Part shown: positions 1 to 14,254 of the stretch, piece by piece
Layout: every line of letters begins with the position of its first letter
How positions within the stretch are numbered: position 1 is the first letter of the stretch
NCBI GenBank assembly: GCA_036172245.1
Contig: JAYWIR010000047.1
Location: forward strand, 1,240,001-1,304,000
DNA: 64,000 bases
Reading direction: 5' to 3'
Source of the DNA: Raillietiella orientalis
Lineage: Eukaryota
Program-made: the position numbers and the translations under genes
Notes under the pieces: model-generated
The model's database searches: none
Told to the model about the DNA's origin: nothing
What the model saw: the letters and a program-made list of their open reading frames with translations, nothing else

Positions 1-3000
1 AGGACGGTCCCCGAGGTCGTGTACGCCATCGCTCACAGCAAACTATTCTAGTAGAAACGAAAAGAAGTGGGGAAATGGGAAAAAGGATCGGCGTGGAGGA
101 AGGACGGAGAAGGTGAAAGGAGTCCGTGTGCCAGGAGGCGAATAACAGAGGAGTCTCCTGACCAAATACTCTGAAAGATGGAAACTAAGAAACTTCTAGC
201 GCTCTTCAAGGAAGAATTTCGAATCTGAGAATGCGTAAGCAGCAAATGGACTCATGATTATGAGTACTTGGAGCTCAGAGCTGAAATGGGTAGTCCCGAG
301 GTGACCCTGGACCTCTGCCGATGAGTCCGAAAGTTCATGCACGCAGCAAGACCTCAAAAGGGAGCAAAGAAGTAAAGAGGAGGAGCAAAGAAGAGGCAAG
401 GAAGCAACTGCAAGCATCGCAGAGAGGCTATTGGCGTGATATGGAACAAGGCTGCTTGGATAAAACGAAATAAGTTCGTAGGCATTTCGGGCATAAGGCA
501 ATGCTCGAAATGTCTGCGGATACTAAAAGGAAAGGTTGAAAAGGCAACACGTGACAAACACATCAGGTGAGAATGTACATGCAAAGAACAAAATGGAGGT
601 CAGGCACGGACGGTGCAGGTTTAAGCAGCGTACTGACTGGAAAGCTCGATTGCTAGACAGTGCTAAACACTTTCATTTCTGTAGGGAGGTCCAGGGCGTG
701 GCAAGCCTGAACCGAAGCACCGGCTACAGAATCAGCAAGAAAATTGGGGCAAATCTCGGGGGGCAGAGGGAGCAGAAGTGCACATTTTCTTTGTGGGCAT
801 CATGAGATGAGAAAGGAGGGCAGGCGAAATTACAAGCATCCATGATGACGTGGGAAGATGGGCGTACGATCCATCTGCACGAAGAAGCAGATCTACCTAG
901 CTTTTTTTTTTTTTTTTTGGCCCACGCGCGCGCGCCCGTTCCTGGAAGCGGTAACGAGGTGCTCCAGAAGAAAAACAGAACCGTTGATGGACCACCGAAG
1001 ATGAATGGATGCCGCAGAAACACGAAACGATCCTGGAACAAATTCATGCATCCTCCAGGCTTCGCTTAGATGTAGGCAACGAGGAAGGGAAAGTGCGACA
1101 TCTGGTCTCTGAGCCGGATGAGAAGATGGGAGCGCAAGAGAGAAGCTAATGGAGCAGCAAAAGATTGCTCAGCGACTGCATTCGGCTTTTTCTTTCTTTC
1201 TCACAAATCGTGGTCCATTTTTTCGTTGGTGCGGCTGCGTGGCGATTTCGGAGCATGCAGCCGATGAAAACGGTGCTATTCAAGTTGAGGGGAAGCAAGG
1301 AGTCAACTGCTGGTGAGAGGTATGTCTTTGTTTGGTGCTGCGGTCAAGTCAAAAGCATCATCTTTGTTCAGAGATCTTGTGATACCACATGGTGCTGTGC
1401 CAGAATTGAATTTCCCCAATTAACACCGTGAATTCCATAAGACCGCATTATGCGCTCTCGTGTGCAGAAGAGACGCTTTAAAACTGGAGTCCGAAACCTT
1501 GTTTCGGACTCCAGCTCGCTTTTACGGCGAGCGCGCACGACTACTCGACTTGTTTTGAAAGCTCCGAAGTTCTGTTCGGAGACACGCACACGACGCTTCG
1601 AAGGAACTTCCGAAGTTCCTACACCGCCACAGGGGCTGGTGACCAGCTTGAACGCACTTGACAAGCGTATGTCTTCTCCCTTCACTGCCTTCGAATCCAC
1701 CTGCTTCCCGTTTCTCACTTCTGCCTTTGCCTGTAACACGTCTCTTTCAGCCTTGGTAAATGTGCATGCGGGCTCTTCACATGACTGGATTCTGCTGAGC
1801 CTCGCTCACTAAAGGCTCTTATGGAAAGGCACACGCGCTTACGAGGCAGTCCGGCGCACACGGAGGCGTGCCAAGGAGGGAAGCACTTTCCTTCAACGAC
1901 ACGAATTCCGCGGCTGTCACCAAACTCACACATGGCGTGCCACCTTCCACCACAAAGTTCACACGAGTTGACCTTGATTGAACGCTCCTTTTTTGGGAAA
2001 TTGTCAGCTGTTCCGGCCCGTGCTGCCACTCGCCCTCCGCTGATCTGCTTTGCTGGTTTCCGGGCCAGGGAACCACATTACCCCACATTACTGAAATGGG
2101 CTGTTCCGCGAACACCCTTCAATGTAGGCACCTGCAGAACTTGCTCAAAAACTTAAAGGCACTGCCTTGGCGAGTCCTTGACTGTGGAGTCGTTTAAAAT
2201 ATGGAGAATCAGATGACGATAAATGACGAGTGTGCTCCGGAAGTAGCAAAGCACTATCAGAGGGAAGTCTTCCGGGCTGAAAACCCTCATCACGGTTTTG
2301 CAATCCATCCAACCCACCCATGGAAGCACATAAACAAACTGGCAACCCTTTGAAATCGACTTTAATCCTCTTTCCCCCCCTCCCCCCTGCCCCCTCGAAA
2401 CCAAGCAATTGAATGAATGACATTTCCAACTATAATTCAAATCTTCAAACAAAAAGAATTTCATATTGGTTAAATAAGTAACAGAGGAATAGAATCTAGT
2501 AAATGCCATTAATGCTGCCGCATGCTTATACTTTGAAATACTGAAAACTGTCTTTTTTAAACACATTCTTCATTCCAACTATTTTTTAGAAAACACAAAG
2601 ACTCGTTTGTGCATCAAAATGAAAGCTTGCTGGTAAAGATGCTTGAGGTCACACATCTAGAAATGCAATGAAATATGAATACTAAAAGTATACCTCGTCG
2701 TTAATAGATTACAGAACTTGATTAAAAAGTCAAAGTACAAGTAGTCAAAGTACTTTGTAGGATAACTGTTTTAATTCCGGAATGCAACTATTTACTACAT
2801 CTTGTTCTTCTCTAAAATCTTCTATTTTATTTTTATGATCAACAAGCTCATCTAGAAGTAGATGCATGCAATCCATCCAACCATTACTGCTGCCTTTGAA
2901 TAAGTAAACCAATCCGATGTGCCCAGTATGGTAAACTACACTCCAGTGATCCAGTTTTGGACAGCAGAGTGCATGCAGTCCACCTTCACTCTTTTGTATG

Positions 3001-3039
3001 ATGAATTTTCTGAAAGAATCTTCTCATGTTAAGGGGTCA

Positions 3040-3830
3040 TCAATCAGAAGGGGATCTTCGCATGCTTTCTTGAAATGAATTACTCTTGGACAATATCTCT
3101 TTCTCCTCACTATAGGAGCAAATCAATCAGGATTCAGATGACAAATAGGCTTACAAATGGCGGACCAAATCCTCAATGTCCATCAGTTTGGAATCCTGTT
3201 CCATAGATAATTCATCTCTTTCTAATAGGATTTGCACCAATTCATTATTCAGTCCTGTGCTAAAAGTGAACTCCTATTTTGTTCAACTGATTTTTCTTAC
3301 CTTCAATTTGTGAATGTAACTCATTAGCAATCAATTGTAATTGAGTAACATTCATTCTAGTGAGGATTGAGCGATTTAATCTTCTACATGACTGGAGTCC
3401 TAACATTTTCACAACTGGAGAAGGCTGCTTTCTCTTCAAATGTTCCAATTCCATTTGGCATTGGGCTACATGTCGTGCATGGGACAAAGATATCAGGACT
3501 TCCGCCTGCAATTCCTGCTGATATGTAGCAAACCCATCTGTTAGTAAAAGACGTTGTAAGGACTAAAATTCAGTTAACGAACATGAAGTACAAATGCAAG
3601 GTACTTACTTTACCTACTTCCCTTAACCTGCTTGAAACACTATCAGCAGTTTCGATGTCGTCTTCTAAAATGGAATCATTTAAGAAACAAACTTGCAAAT
3701 TCATGTTAGACTGCTGCTGTTCTTGAGTTGATTGATAACAGGGTGACTGGAGATCATCTGAACCCTGAGCAAGCTTTTTCCTTATCTCATCTTTGTCATA
3801 TATTCGCTGTAAAAGTTTCACATCTGTAAA
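3040..3830 (-). CDS. SCHIP1: SCHIP1 (schwannomin-interacting protein 1)-like, 3' exons; 5' end not defined
   Basis: Spliced translation gives [48 protein letters not shown] and [51 protein letters not shown], matching the SCHIP1 C-terminal coiled-coil domain. GT-AG introns include 3300-3255 (46 nt). The stop is either 3151 or, after a further short intron, 3040. Confidence 0.85.
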
Positions 3831-6800
3831 TTTTCTTGTGAAATAATAACAAAAATTATCAACAGTATTAACATTTTTTTCAAGACTACTATTATTGAAT
3901 TGAAATGGTTTGGTAGTGATCATCTGTTACCAATTTTTTGGAGGATATCCAGGAGTCTGGTGTCTGCAAGACATCTATAATCACCGCCGTGTTATCTTGG
4001 CGAATTTCGTATAGTGTTTCACAGGATCTACTGTTCTCCATACTCACACTCCAAAGCTACAAGAATGGCTCCCTTTTTTTTTCCTTTTTTTTTCTGGTAA
4101 TCAGTAAATCATACAGCAATTATCCGATTATTCTAAACTTTCGATAATACAGAATGTACACATATGCGTATATTTCACAGAAAAAGGAAAATTCACATTG
4201 GAATTTAGCATTTTCTGCACAACTGTAACACAGACGCTGGCATCAATGCTAACAAACTACTAATAAGCAGTGCCCATACTGCATCTCTATGCAAAAATTT
4301 GATACCTTGGAAGTACACTGTTCAGGATTACTTTAGCAATTTCAGCACTGTTACTAACCAACCCCGCCCCAAATGAAGTAAGTACTCTGCAGAGGACTTC
4401 ACTTACAAACTTCGAAATACTCACACCTCTAGACACGTTATTAAGTGTGGTTGATAAACCTGAAACGAGGAGAGTCTATAATTCTATAATAACTTGTATA
4501 CGTGATGCTAGTGCAAATCCAACCATTAAGATTACGACTGTCTTTTTTTTTTCCTTTCAAAAGCTCATTTCTTGTGCGACTCCAATCTCCCTTTTGACCT
4601 AGATTGGTTTCTTGGAACTTTGAAGTTTCCGATTCCAGCCTGGCCCGACCCAGAACGGGATCAGGTCAACTTAAAAACTGACAAGAGAGGAAAAAAACGG
4701 GATGATCATTTAACGGATGCAAAGATACGTTCGTGCACATCAGAAATCGATACTTTCGTGATCTCCGCGCATGTTCCACGCCGTAATGTCAACTGGGAAC
4801 GCAGGGTATTTTTGTACTTTTCGAAGATACACATCCTTTTGGATCCATAAGAGGATGATGATGATCTTCGTTAAGGAGCAAAGACATTCTGTTGCAAGAT
4901 GTCTTTTCTTGATGACCCGGTGGACTCCCAGAGAGCAGGTATAATTTCAGTTGCAGCATAAATTGCAAAGCTGATTTTCTGCAAGTTGGCTGCCCTGGAA
5001 CATGTGGGAATTCGAGTGAATCGTCCCCCCCCCCCCACCGCTCCTGCTGACTCTCTGGAACGATTAGTCTTTCAGCTTATTTCCGTTTCGGTGCCGCTGC
5101 TTATCAGCAATAAGGAGCTCGATGTTGATGGAAATTTAGCACCTCAGGAGCAATCAGTTCTTCTTCTAGGAGCTACTCTGTAGCTTAATTCGATTCGTGA
5201 GGCCCGACCGCCTTCCGATGCCACACCTTCCACATGAGTTGCCAGCATAAAAGGTCTTTGTGCTAATTTTGCAATTCGCACAAACTTCCCAGTTAACGCG
5301 AGGAACAGGCGGAAAAAGTTGAGCCCACAGAGCTTTCGCATTCGAAAAAAATCGAAATCGGTCCCCACTCTGCTGATGCACACTTGACGGTGACCTACAC
5401 TATATATAGGAACACGAGCAGGAGGCACGAAGTACGACGGGATCTCGAAGCATGGTGTTGCATGAAAGTGGAATCGAACTGTACTAAAACGCAGTGGTCC
5501 GTTTTATTTTTAGTATACAATGCGGGAATGCTCGATACCCGAAACCGAGAATTCTGAAAGAAACTTTTACGCGACACGAAATCATCATTGTGTTCATAAA
5601 GCAAGGAACAGGCTGCTGCCAAGGATGGTGGTGCATCATCGAACCCCTGAGTTGATACAGAACGCGGATATGAAGATTCCTGAATCTTTTTTTTCTTCGG
5701 TAATTAGAAAGAATCCCACGCTCATTGATTCCCGAAAACTGGATTAGCAAACTTGGACCGAAAGGTGGTCTTAGAGAAATGCTGTGGATATTCTTTGAAA
5801 AGAAAGAAAGGAAAAAAAAAAAAAACACCCTGAAGGAAAATACCAGCGGAGAGAATCATAATCGGCATTATACATGCACCTTTTGGGCTTTAGAGAGAGA
5901 TTTTCATCGAGTGAGTCTCAATGATGTTCGTCATCGGCTGTGGGATACTGATGATGATCATGCCATAAACATCTTTATTCCTTTATTCTCAAGGCTCCAC
6001 TTGAAAGTCGAAAGTTCGTCTCCTGACTTTTGTGTTGCAGTCGGCACTGTGGAATTTCTTTCAAAGCATCTCGAAATTCAAAATCATTTTAAAGCAATCA
6101 CAGAAATGCCACATGCCCGAATCCGCTTCAAGATACCAGTTTTCTCTCTTACCCTCTCTCTCAGTTTTGACAGAAGCATTTTGGATACGTATTCTTCTAC
6201 GGTTATTCTTAGCGGTTCCTCGCGTAGCTGTACCCTGCTCTCAACCATCGAAAGGTTACTCTTTGCCTTGGTAGCAGTAAGAGAACCTCGTTTTTGCAGA
6301 GTATCAGCCGACAGTTATTTTCGCTCCCCTCACACCTGACGACACTTTCCGTGTTCCAGATGCAAATCGTACGCTGCGAGAACGCTGACCAGGCAGACGT
6401 CACCCATTGTGAGTTTTCGCGCGCCCCAAGCAAGAGGATGAACGAATCCAAACCAGTAAGAAACAACTCGTCGTGTCAGGCGACCACGAGGTCGTCTGAC
6501 ACGAGTAGCCAGCCTGACGGATGGATGGAATGCTGCTGCTGCAACGCCCTGCGAACAGCGCTCCTAGGCAACGTTCCTTTTCCTTTTTTCTTCTTTTCTT
6601 TTCTTTCCGGTGATCCAGTAGCCGCAGCTCCCCGCATTTGCTGAGCTCGAGATCCGGGAACAGGAAACGGAAAAGGGAGGGAAGCTCTTCGGAAAGGTTC
6701 AGCTCCCGGTCTTCGCCGGCTAGCCGGGATTTGGGAGCGGGAAGCCCACGGGAAACAGAGCCGTGCATTTGCAGCTCGGGCACGTAACCAGGCAGCACGG

Positions 6801-8654
6801 GGCTTCTCACACGGTGAGCTCCGGGATAGCGCGCGAACGGAGCCGGCCGAACGCAAGCACAGGGTCGAGGTCAAGGTCGGTCGCGTTGGCAAGATGAAGA
6901 GCTGGCTGGGAAGTTGGTGGTGCAGCCGCCCTTGATCCTTCCCAAAGGGAATCCAGCCGAGAAGTGAAAGTTCGGGCTGACCCGGCGCGCACGCTTCTCC
7001 GTTTCCCGCGTCGCCTTGGGAGGCGAATGCCCGCGGGCGGCCGATGGAAGGGGCACAGTGACAACGGCCGCTACCCCCCCCCCCTCAAGATCTTCCTTTG
7101 GAGAAGACTCTTGACATGAACTGGGAGGAGGAGGGACTAGCGGGAGGCAGCTGCCGCGGTCTTCTCCCTTCGAGGGCGAGGAGGGATGCCATCCCTCCGG
7201 AGGCGCCAAAGAGTGCGCCGACGCACTCGCTGGCACTGCGAGTGTCCCTGAAGGAGGACAGAAGAGGGTGGGGAGGAGGAGGGGTACCTCAATCCCTCCC
7301 TCACAGAGGCGGTGGCAACTTCAGGTCTTCCAAAACCCAGAGGTCTCTCAGGGCAGGAAAGGTCATTTCCCAGAGACCCAGGACGAATCAGAGCCTCAGG
7401 TGCCTCTCCGGAACATGCAGAGTGGTGCGCCTGGGAAACGGGGGGAGCGGAGGATCCGGGACACGTCGCCTCCGATGAGGGGAAGAGACCAGCGAAGTGG
7501 GGGGGGGAGGCGCAGCTGGAAGGATGGGGCGAGGGAACTCCGGCCCTACCCCGAGGGGAAGAGTGAAGATCCGGGTTGCATGGCGGGCGGGAGGCTCTCT
7601 GTCACGGGGGCCGGCCGGCCGAAGGGAAGCGTGGTCACCTCGCAGGGGCGCGCACGCGCTCCCTCATCGCCGCGGGGAGGGTGGGGGGAGAGGGAAGGGG
7701 GAGGCTCTGACGTAAACGTGCCCCTTCCAACCCTGTCCGTCCGCTTTCAGGGTGCTTCTCAGGGACAGGAGGAGGGCGCTGCGAGGAGCCCCGCTGAAGG
7801 TGCGTGCTCCTTCAGGGACCTCAAGGATTTGGCATGCGGAGCAGCCAGCTGCGGGTCGATCCCCCCGTGGGCGCGGCTGGGTCGGCCGATGGACGGTTGG
7901 GTTCAGCAAAGTTCTTCGGCCTAGCGGCGGACGCGCCACTTCCGGAAGGAGCGGGGAAGGGGACAACTCCTCCCCCTCCTCGCCGCTACGATCCCCCCCA
8001 TCCTTCCCGAGGGGAGCCAGACCGGCCGTTTCCGGGGAGCTCCTAAGAGGCTCCCGAGGAAGGAGACCCCTTGCGTCTGCGTGCAGCTCTTCGGGGGCGG
8101 CGCTGCCAACGCGCAGGGGAAGAAGGGTCAACCCCTCCTCCCTCAACGGTTCTGTGCCCGAGCAGACTCCCCGGGGGGAGGGAGGCCTTCGACGGGGATA
8201 GGCGCTTCCCGTCCCCGTATTCTCCAAAGGAGCCTTCTCCGCAGGATCCTCGCACCCAGGAAGGGCGGAGGGGCCCGTCCCTCAGGGTCTTTGCTAGGCC
8301 TGGTCTCTCGGGGTAGTCGTAGGGGGTCCGGAAAAGAGGAGTCGCCGGGAAAGAAGGGAGAGGGCGAACGAAGAGCCCACGTTCTACCCGGCGAATGGCG
8401 GTACCGCCGTCCCGAAGGCCCCCGGAGCCCTTGGCGCACTTGAACGGGCCGCCGCGCCGTCGCCTGGCAGCTGATTTGGACGTCCACCCTGCTCGCGTTG
8501 CGAATGATCCCGGGGGGGGGGGGCCCTCGCGAGAAGGGAAGAAACGTGGGGGGGGGAGGAGAGAGGTCCTCCGAGGCGACTCCCCACTGACCTCGGGGAG
8601 AGTGTCCCATCGAACCCGAAGGGGAGGGCGGGTGGGAGAAGGCTTGCTGCTTAC

Positions 8655-8828
8655 CGCGGTCTCCGGAGCATTCCCGCTGCCGGCTTCCTCGGGGTCGGCG
8701 GGGCCGTCGAAGCACAGCGTGTACAGGTCACGCACATACCGGCCGTCCGCGCGGTACTCTCGGGCAGCGGCGGTGTCGGGGCTGGCGGCGCGTCCCAGTT
8801 CACCGGCAGCAGGCCCGGCGCGACGCAT
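8655..8828 (-). CDS. candidate first coding exon (58 codons), possibly an upstream exon of the SCHIP1-like gene
   Basis: ATG at 8828 opens MRRAGPAAGELG...EYRADGRYVRDLYTLCFDGPADPEEAGSGNAPETA, ending at a strong phase-0 donor GCG|GTAAGC (8654). It is preceded by a CpG-island-like leader. Confidence 0.35.
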
Positions 8829-8947
8829 CGCATCCTCTCCCGACCGCCGCTGCGCCTCGCTCCGTCGGCCGACGACAGCGCAGTGCTGCCGGCCGGGTGG
8901 CGGCGGCGGCGGCCAGCAGGCAGGCGTGAGGACGGGCATGCAGCGCC

Positions 8948-8959
8948 GCGCGCATGCGC
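8948..8959. promoter_or_regulatory. NRF1/Ewg-like motif (GCGCATGCGC) in a putative CpG-rich promoter
   Basis: GCGCGCATGCGC lies ~120 bp upstream of the candidate exon ATG at 8828. Confidence 0.3.
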
Positions 8960-10014
8960 TGCGTGGAACGCAGCAAGGAATGCGGAGGACGAGGAAGGGC
9001 AGGAGAGGAGGAGGAGGGGGAGGACCGGGATGAAGGAGGCGATGACAATCACGGCAGAGAGAAGGAAGGCGGGCGCGGGAAGGGGGCGGCGGAGGCGGCC
9101 TCTTCCCTTCCCTGCGGAGACCCCTCGCTTCTCTGTTCGTGTCGAGACGACTTTGACCTTGCTTTGGCATCGCTTCCGCAGGTAGCCTTTTGGTTATCCA
9201 CCCAGGAAACCGCGCGTTCCTCTCTACACTTCCCCCTCTCCAGTCCCTGGGCGAGGAAGAGGAGCGAGCGGTGGCGGCATGCATGTTTGCCGCGGTTCCC
9301 TCCATTGCGAGCCGTTGCTCTATTCCTCCGCAGTATGTCCCAAGAGCCCTGATCCCAGGGTCTCGTCCGGGGGGTCACGGAGGAGGGGAGACCAATACCG
9401 TGGGGGAGGAGGTGGGAGAGTCTCCTCCCTTCCTCCTGCCCCGAGTGTTCTCCCGCGTCAGCTCGTGAGTCCACGGGGGTGAGGCCCCCATTCCTTTGAC
9501 GACCGTGCACGTCCTCCGGATGCCGTGGTTTTGGCAGCATACGATCGTCCCCTAGGGCAGTCTCCTCAGCCACCCTCGGTTGGTACGTCAGCTTCAGGAC
9601 TACCGGAAAGCGGAAGCACTTTATTGCGGGAGAGGACACACTGCGACCGACCGACGACGATTGCCAGTATTCCCGGTCATGTCAAGGTCGAGTTGGTCAA
9701 CCGAGGATAGGTGATCTGACTTTATCGCAGGGCAGAACATCCTCCTTCCTCCAAGAATTCCCGGGAAGCAGCACCAGACGCGTCAAAGAAGGCCAAAGGC
9801 GATCACGAAAGCCGTTTCCATGGCAATCGCTCTCTTGACGGACTAGCGTGCTTGAGCCACGCAGCGAGTGAAAGAGTGGGCGAAGTCGATGGGGTAGTCC
9901 TTCCCTCTCCCTCTTTTCATCCTTTACCAATAGGAATCCTCGCAGGGAGAAACGCCTTTGTCTTGGTGACCATCTCAGACCTGGGGGTCATGTTGGGTAT
10001 GGGAGAAGGATGCA

Positions 10015-10112
10015 GAGAGCAGGAGGAGGAAGAAGGGAGAAGGATAGGAGGAGGAGGAGAAAGGGAAGAGGAGGAAGAAATGAGGAGGATAAGGAGGAAG
10101 AAGAGAGGAGAG
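10015..10112 (+). repeat. polypurine (GGA/GAA-rich) low-complexity tract
   Basis: Almost pure A/G run: aggaggaggaagaagggagaaggataggaggaggaggagaaagggaagaggagg... A similar tract lies at ~11025-11075. Confidence 0.8.
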
Positions 10113-12483
10113 CAACTGAGCTCAACAGAAACTACTGAAATGGAGGAAATCACTTGGCAGAGGGGGCGAGGCGGCGCCAGCGCTCAGGTCTTCCTACTTC
10201 CGGAATCAGCCTGGTCAGATTCTGGTCAGGTACGGAGGGGGAGCTAGAAGCAATCGAGTGGGAAGAGTTTGCTCCGCTTCCTTTCCTCTTTTATCTGCTC
10301 CGCATCCGCCTCACCATGCCCGTAGGGAGAGACGAATGGGATCTCTCTCTTCCGCTCGCGAACTCGGTCCGGCGAGAGTGGTTGATGCCGCGGGCTTAGC
10401 GCACTTGGAGGGAGACATTCCGCGAGACCTTCCGGACGCCCCGCTGGCACGCGAGGAGGAGTGGGAGAGGAGGGGCACTCTGCTCTCGTTCATCCCCGGC
10501 GATCTCTTCCTGCACGCGGGGTCGAGGAAGACCGCGCCTCCCCGGAGCAGATCGAAGAGAACAGGATGAGTGAGGAGGAGGAGGGAATGGAACGAGCGCG
10601 TCCCGGCGAAGCGGCCGGCGCTGCAGGAACGAGCGCATTTCCCGCTCCGGTCAGCCAGCATGGAGGGGGAATACTCCTCCTCATCCTTACAAGAAAAGGA
10701 GAGCCAATTCCACCCTCTTCCGAAAGGCGGCTGCCCCGAGACCGTAACCGAGCTGAGCTTTCGGCTTCTCAGGTCACCGGCGGCGCACTTCCCGCAGACG
10801 ACACCAGGTGGCGCTGCTCGCTCCAAAGGAATGTGGGGGAATTCCACGCCAAAATCTTTGCGAAGGCAACGGTGGACGCCGAAACCCGGAAGTGCGCATG
10901 TACATGCCTCGAGGAGGCTGCTGAATGCAGAGCGCGACAAAAGGTAAAAAGACCCAGGTGAACTGAATAGGGCCGAAAGAGGGTTCGCTGCAAAGGGGAG
11001 GGGGAATATGAAGGGAGAACGAATAGGAAGGATGGAGGAGGAGGAGGAAGGAAGAGGGAATGAGGAGGAGGAGGTCACGCAGCCTCATTCCCTCCTACGA
11101 TCCTTCTTTCCCTACTGCTGCTTGTTATGCGTGCTCTGTCTGAGATCAGCGATGACGCAGCCGTCGTCCTAAAGGAAAAAATTTAAAGGAAAAAGCCGGG
11201 GAGGAGCAGCACCCACATTTGGGTCTCCAAGGAGGGCCGAGGCGTTCCGTGTCTGACCGAGAAGGATCGCCACTTCATATTCCTACGGACAGAGGGAGAG
11301 GCATCTTTCTCCCGAGAACTGCGCGAAACTGCAGCTGGTAAGGCTGTAGGGCGTGCATGTGGGGCGGAGGATCCGCCTGTCCCCCAACGCCGCCATCCTG
11401 AAGTTCCCTACGACCAGCCGACTTCGCCTCGGCACTTTCCACGGCGCTCCGCAGTCATGCACGGGAGCGCCGCAGCCGGCGAACCCGCAGGAGTCCTCGA
11501 GGAGTCTGCAGCCGCCGAAATCTCCCGACCGCCGCCACGCCTCCGATCGGAACTCGAGGTTACCACGCGTGTTCCTCGCTTCCTTTACAGCGTCAAGGGC
11601 TCTTTAAAGCCAGCCGCCCATCCCGAAGATCAGTCACATGAGAGGTACGCGGTTCCTGGAAACGGGTCGTCCGCAAGCCCCGGAATTCTCCGAGTCCTCG
11701 CGAGATTCCATCTTTCTCCCACGTGTACTGCTGTGATTCCTCAGCCTCCGCTTAGCTGAGAATCACCGCGCTTCCCCCGTTGCCATACCTGACTCCGAGA
11801 TGGCGCGGCGTCATACGCCGGAATGCAATTTTATCGCCCGCGAGCTGTCCTTGAGAGATGAATGGATGCCCCTCTATTCCTATCATCACGTTTCATTAAA
11901 ATCTGAATATCCATAAATCCTCACTAATCGCAAGTGGGTTTCCACTCCTGCGTTCGAAATGCACTTCTTAAATCACCGGGAACGCGTTTTCCAGCGCGAA
12001 GGTGACAGACTAGAACGGAACGCCGCGTTCCCGCAGAGCGAACTTGGCAGCACTTGAACGGTGGGCGGTGGCAAGGATCCACTTCTTCCGTCGCGCATCC
12101 CCCGGATGCAGTTAATGGTGCCACCGAGCGGCAGTCATTTTGATTTCCTGAGGCCGATCTGTCCATTGCTGTGGCATCGCGGTCCGCTCGTTCCTGAGAT
12201 ACCCTTTCCCGGTAGTGCAGTAGCTGTGCATCGGACGCTTTATTTGCACTCTTCCCGTCGGGAACAACCGTTGGAATTCCAAACGGCAGATCGGCTTGCG
12301 GAGGGAAACAGGATGGATCCAAGTAGCGGGAAGATTTCATCCACCGGTCTGCTCACTTATTAGGGGAGGGGAGGGGGGGAGGGAGGGAGGAAAGGAGAAA
12401 GCACTCGTTCGTTTCACTTTGCATGGAATGAAGTGTTACCAGTCAGTCTTGACTGTAGAATAATGCGAAACGCACTGTGCTGT

Positions 12484-12626
12484 GCAATAAGATAAAAACA
12501 AAATTCCATCGCTATAATAACGGTTGCAATGCAGTGATCATTAACGGTATCGCCGAGTTTCTTTTTCGCAACAATGGCAGTGATGCCAACACTGCGTGGC
12601 CTCCTCCTACACAGCGGATATATCGC
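12484..12626 (+). repeat. ~145 bp dispersed direct repeat, copy 1
   Basis: gcaataagataaaaacaaaattccatcgct...gcagtgatgccaacactgcgtg...cctacacagcggatatatcgc aligns by eye with 14255-14403. Confidence 0.9.
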
Positions 12627-14254
12627 GCGAAGCGTGCCGTGCTGCTCATCGAGCGTTTCGTTCTACCGACCATCGTGTAACTGGATCAGTGATCCAGGAA
12701 AACACGCTCTCGGGAAGCGTCTCCTCACCCGAAAAGCTGCTGCTCCCTCACCTTCCAAACCCTTCGAAGCGCTCGGATGATCGTTTGATTGCAATCAGGG
12801 TGTGAAGCACACATCTCATTACGGAGTGGGTAACCCGGCAAGACGCCGCTTTAATCCGGCATTTCCTCCCCCACCCTCCTACTTCCTTGGACGCCAGCAA
12901 AGCGAAGTGAACGGAGAGGGGAGGGAAAGATGCAAACGCGCAGCCACGATCCTCTCGGAAACAGTTCGCGCGTGCTCCCCTACTAGATTGCGTTGTCACG
13001 GCGCCCGGGAATACTTTTTCGATTCCCGCCCGCGCTGGCGATCCCAGGACGCTCACTGTGGCATGCGTGGGAGCACGGGTCTTTCGCAACTAAACGCGCG
13101 TGTGATATGGCGCGGGGGGGGGGGGAACCGACGACCCAAGCCTCGCCAGCTCCCGGAAGAGCTCTCCTGGTCGAACGAGCGCCAATCCCTCGCGTGATTG
13201 TAGGAAGGAGCGTTTTTTCGCTGGAGGGAGAGGGGTCCTCTCTTTCCGGGCGGAGGAGCGTGGGGCGGATCTTCGGCACTCGGAAGCAACGCGAAACCGC
13301 CCTCCCGGCGGCCGCCCTGCGATGCATTTTAACCTGCTCGCCCCGGGGCGTTCATCTACAGATGAGCGTGCGGAGTGGGAACTGCATTCCTTTGGGAAAG
13401 ACAGGAGTTTACGCGAAGGCGGGTCTCCACCCGGTTGCCCGGAGTGTTTCTTTTTCATTTTTTTTTTTTCAAACCAAAAGCAAAGAAACAATCAGACGGG
13501 CAGGAGTCGGCGGTGCCGTGCGCCCTGCCAAGTCCAGCAATCCTTAGGGAGGCGCCGACGGGGTCCACAACATCGCGGAGGGGGAGATGGGAGAGGGGGG
13601 AGAAAAAAGAAAAGGAAAGACAAAATGGGTCTGGTTGGATTGGGAGGGGGGAGAAGGGAAAGAGGGAGTCGCATCTTGCGACCTGGGTCCTCTGCACCCT
13701 TTGCAGGATATCAGTGGGCTCCCCTCGCCGTGATCTGGAAGAACCGGGCGGCGAAGAGGGCCGTGGATCCCCTGTGGTGCCGTGCTCTGCCAGCGTCGTT
13801 CCCGGAGGCGCTGAGACGGCTTCCTTCCGTTTTCCCGAGATCCCGTCTCGCTGGTGGGCGAGTGCCGTGGAGCCCGGAGGCAAAGGACGCCCGCTGCTGC
13901 GAAAGGGGCTGGCTCGGGCAGGCTCGCCGCCTCCGTGGTCCCTCTGGCGCTCCCCGCCCGAGTTTCTCTATGTCGCTCGTGGGATCTCGACCACCGCTCG
14001 AGCTGCCTCCTGCCGCCGGGCGTGGGCGCTTCTTGGGGAGTCGGGCAGCACGGGGCCGCCTCCCGCGAGGAGTGACTGCGGGAAAACAGGATCGCCAGCC
14101 CATCGCGGCACGCCAGGGAACCCCGGTTGGTGGGTCCAGCTCTTGGACCAGCAAGGCCGGCCTCTTGCAATGCAGCGGAGGTCTCATTCGCCCTGGAGTG
14201 GGGTGGCTGGGTAGAAGGAGCGAGCCCTCCGTCCCGACGAGGCGGAGCGCGTAC

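Noticed and set aside
1..51. Possible C-terminus RTVPEVVYAIAHSKLF* at the window edge
   Set aside because: Too short to support or identify.
5725..6339. 204-aa ORF
   Set aside because: Non-ATG start, a poly-A-derived lysine run and no recognisable motif.
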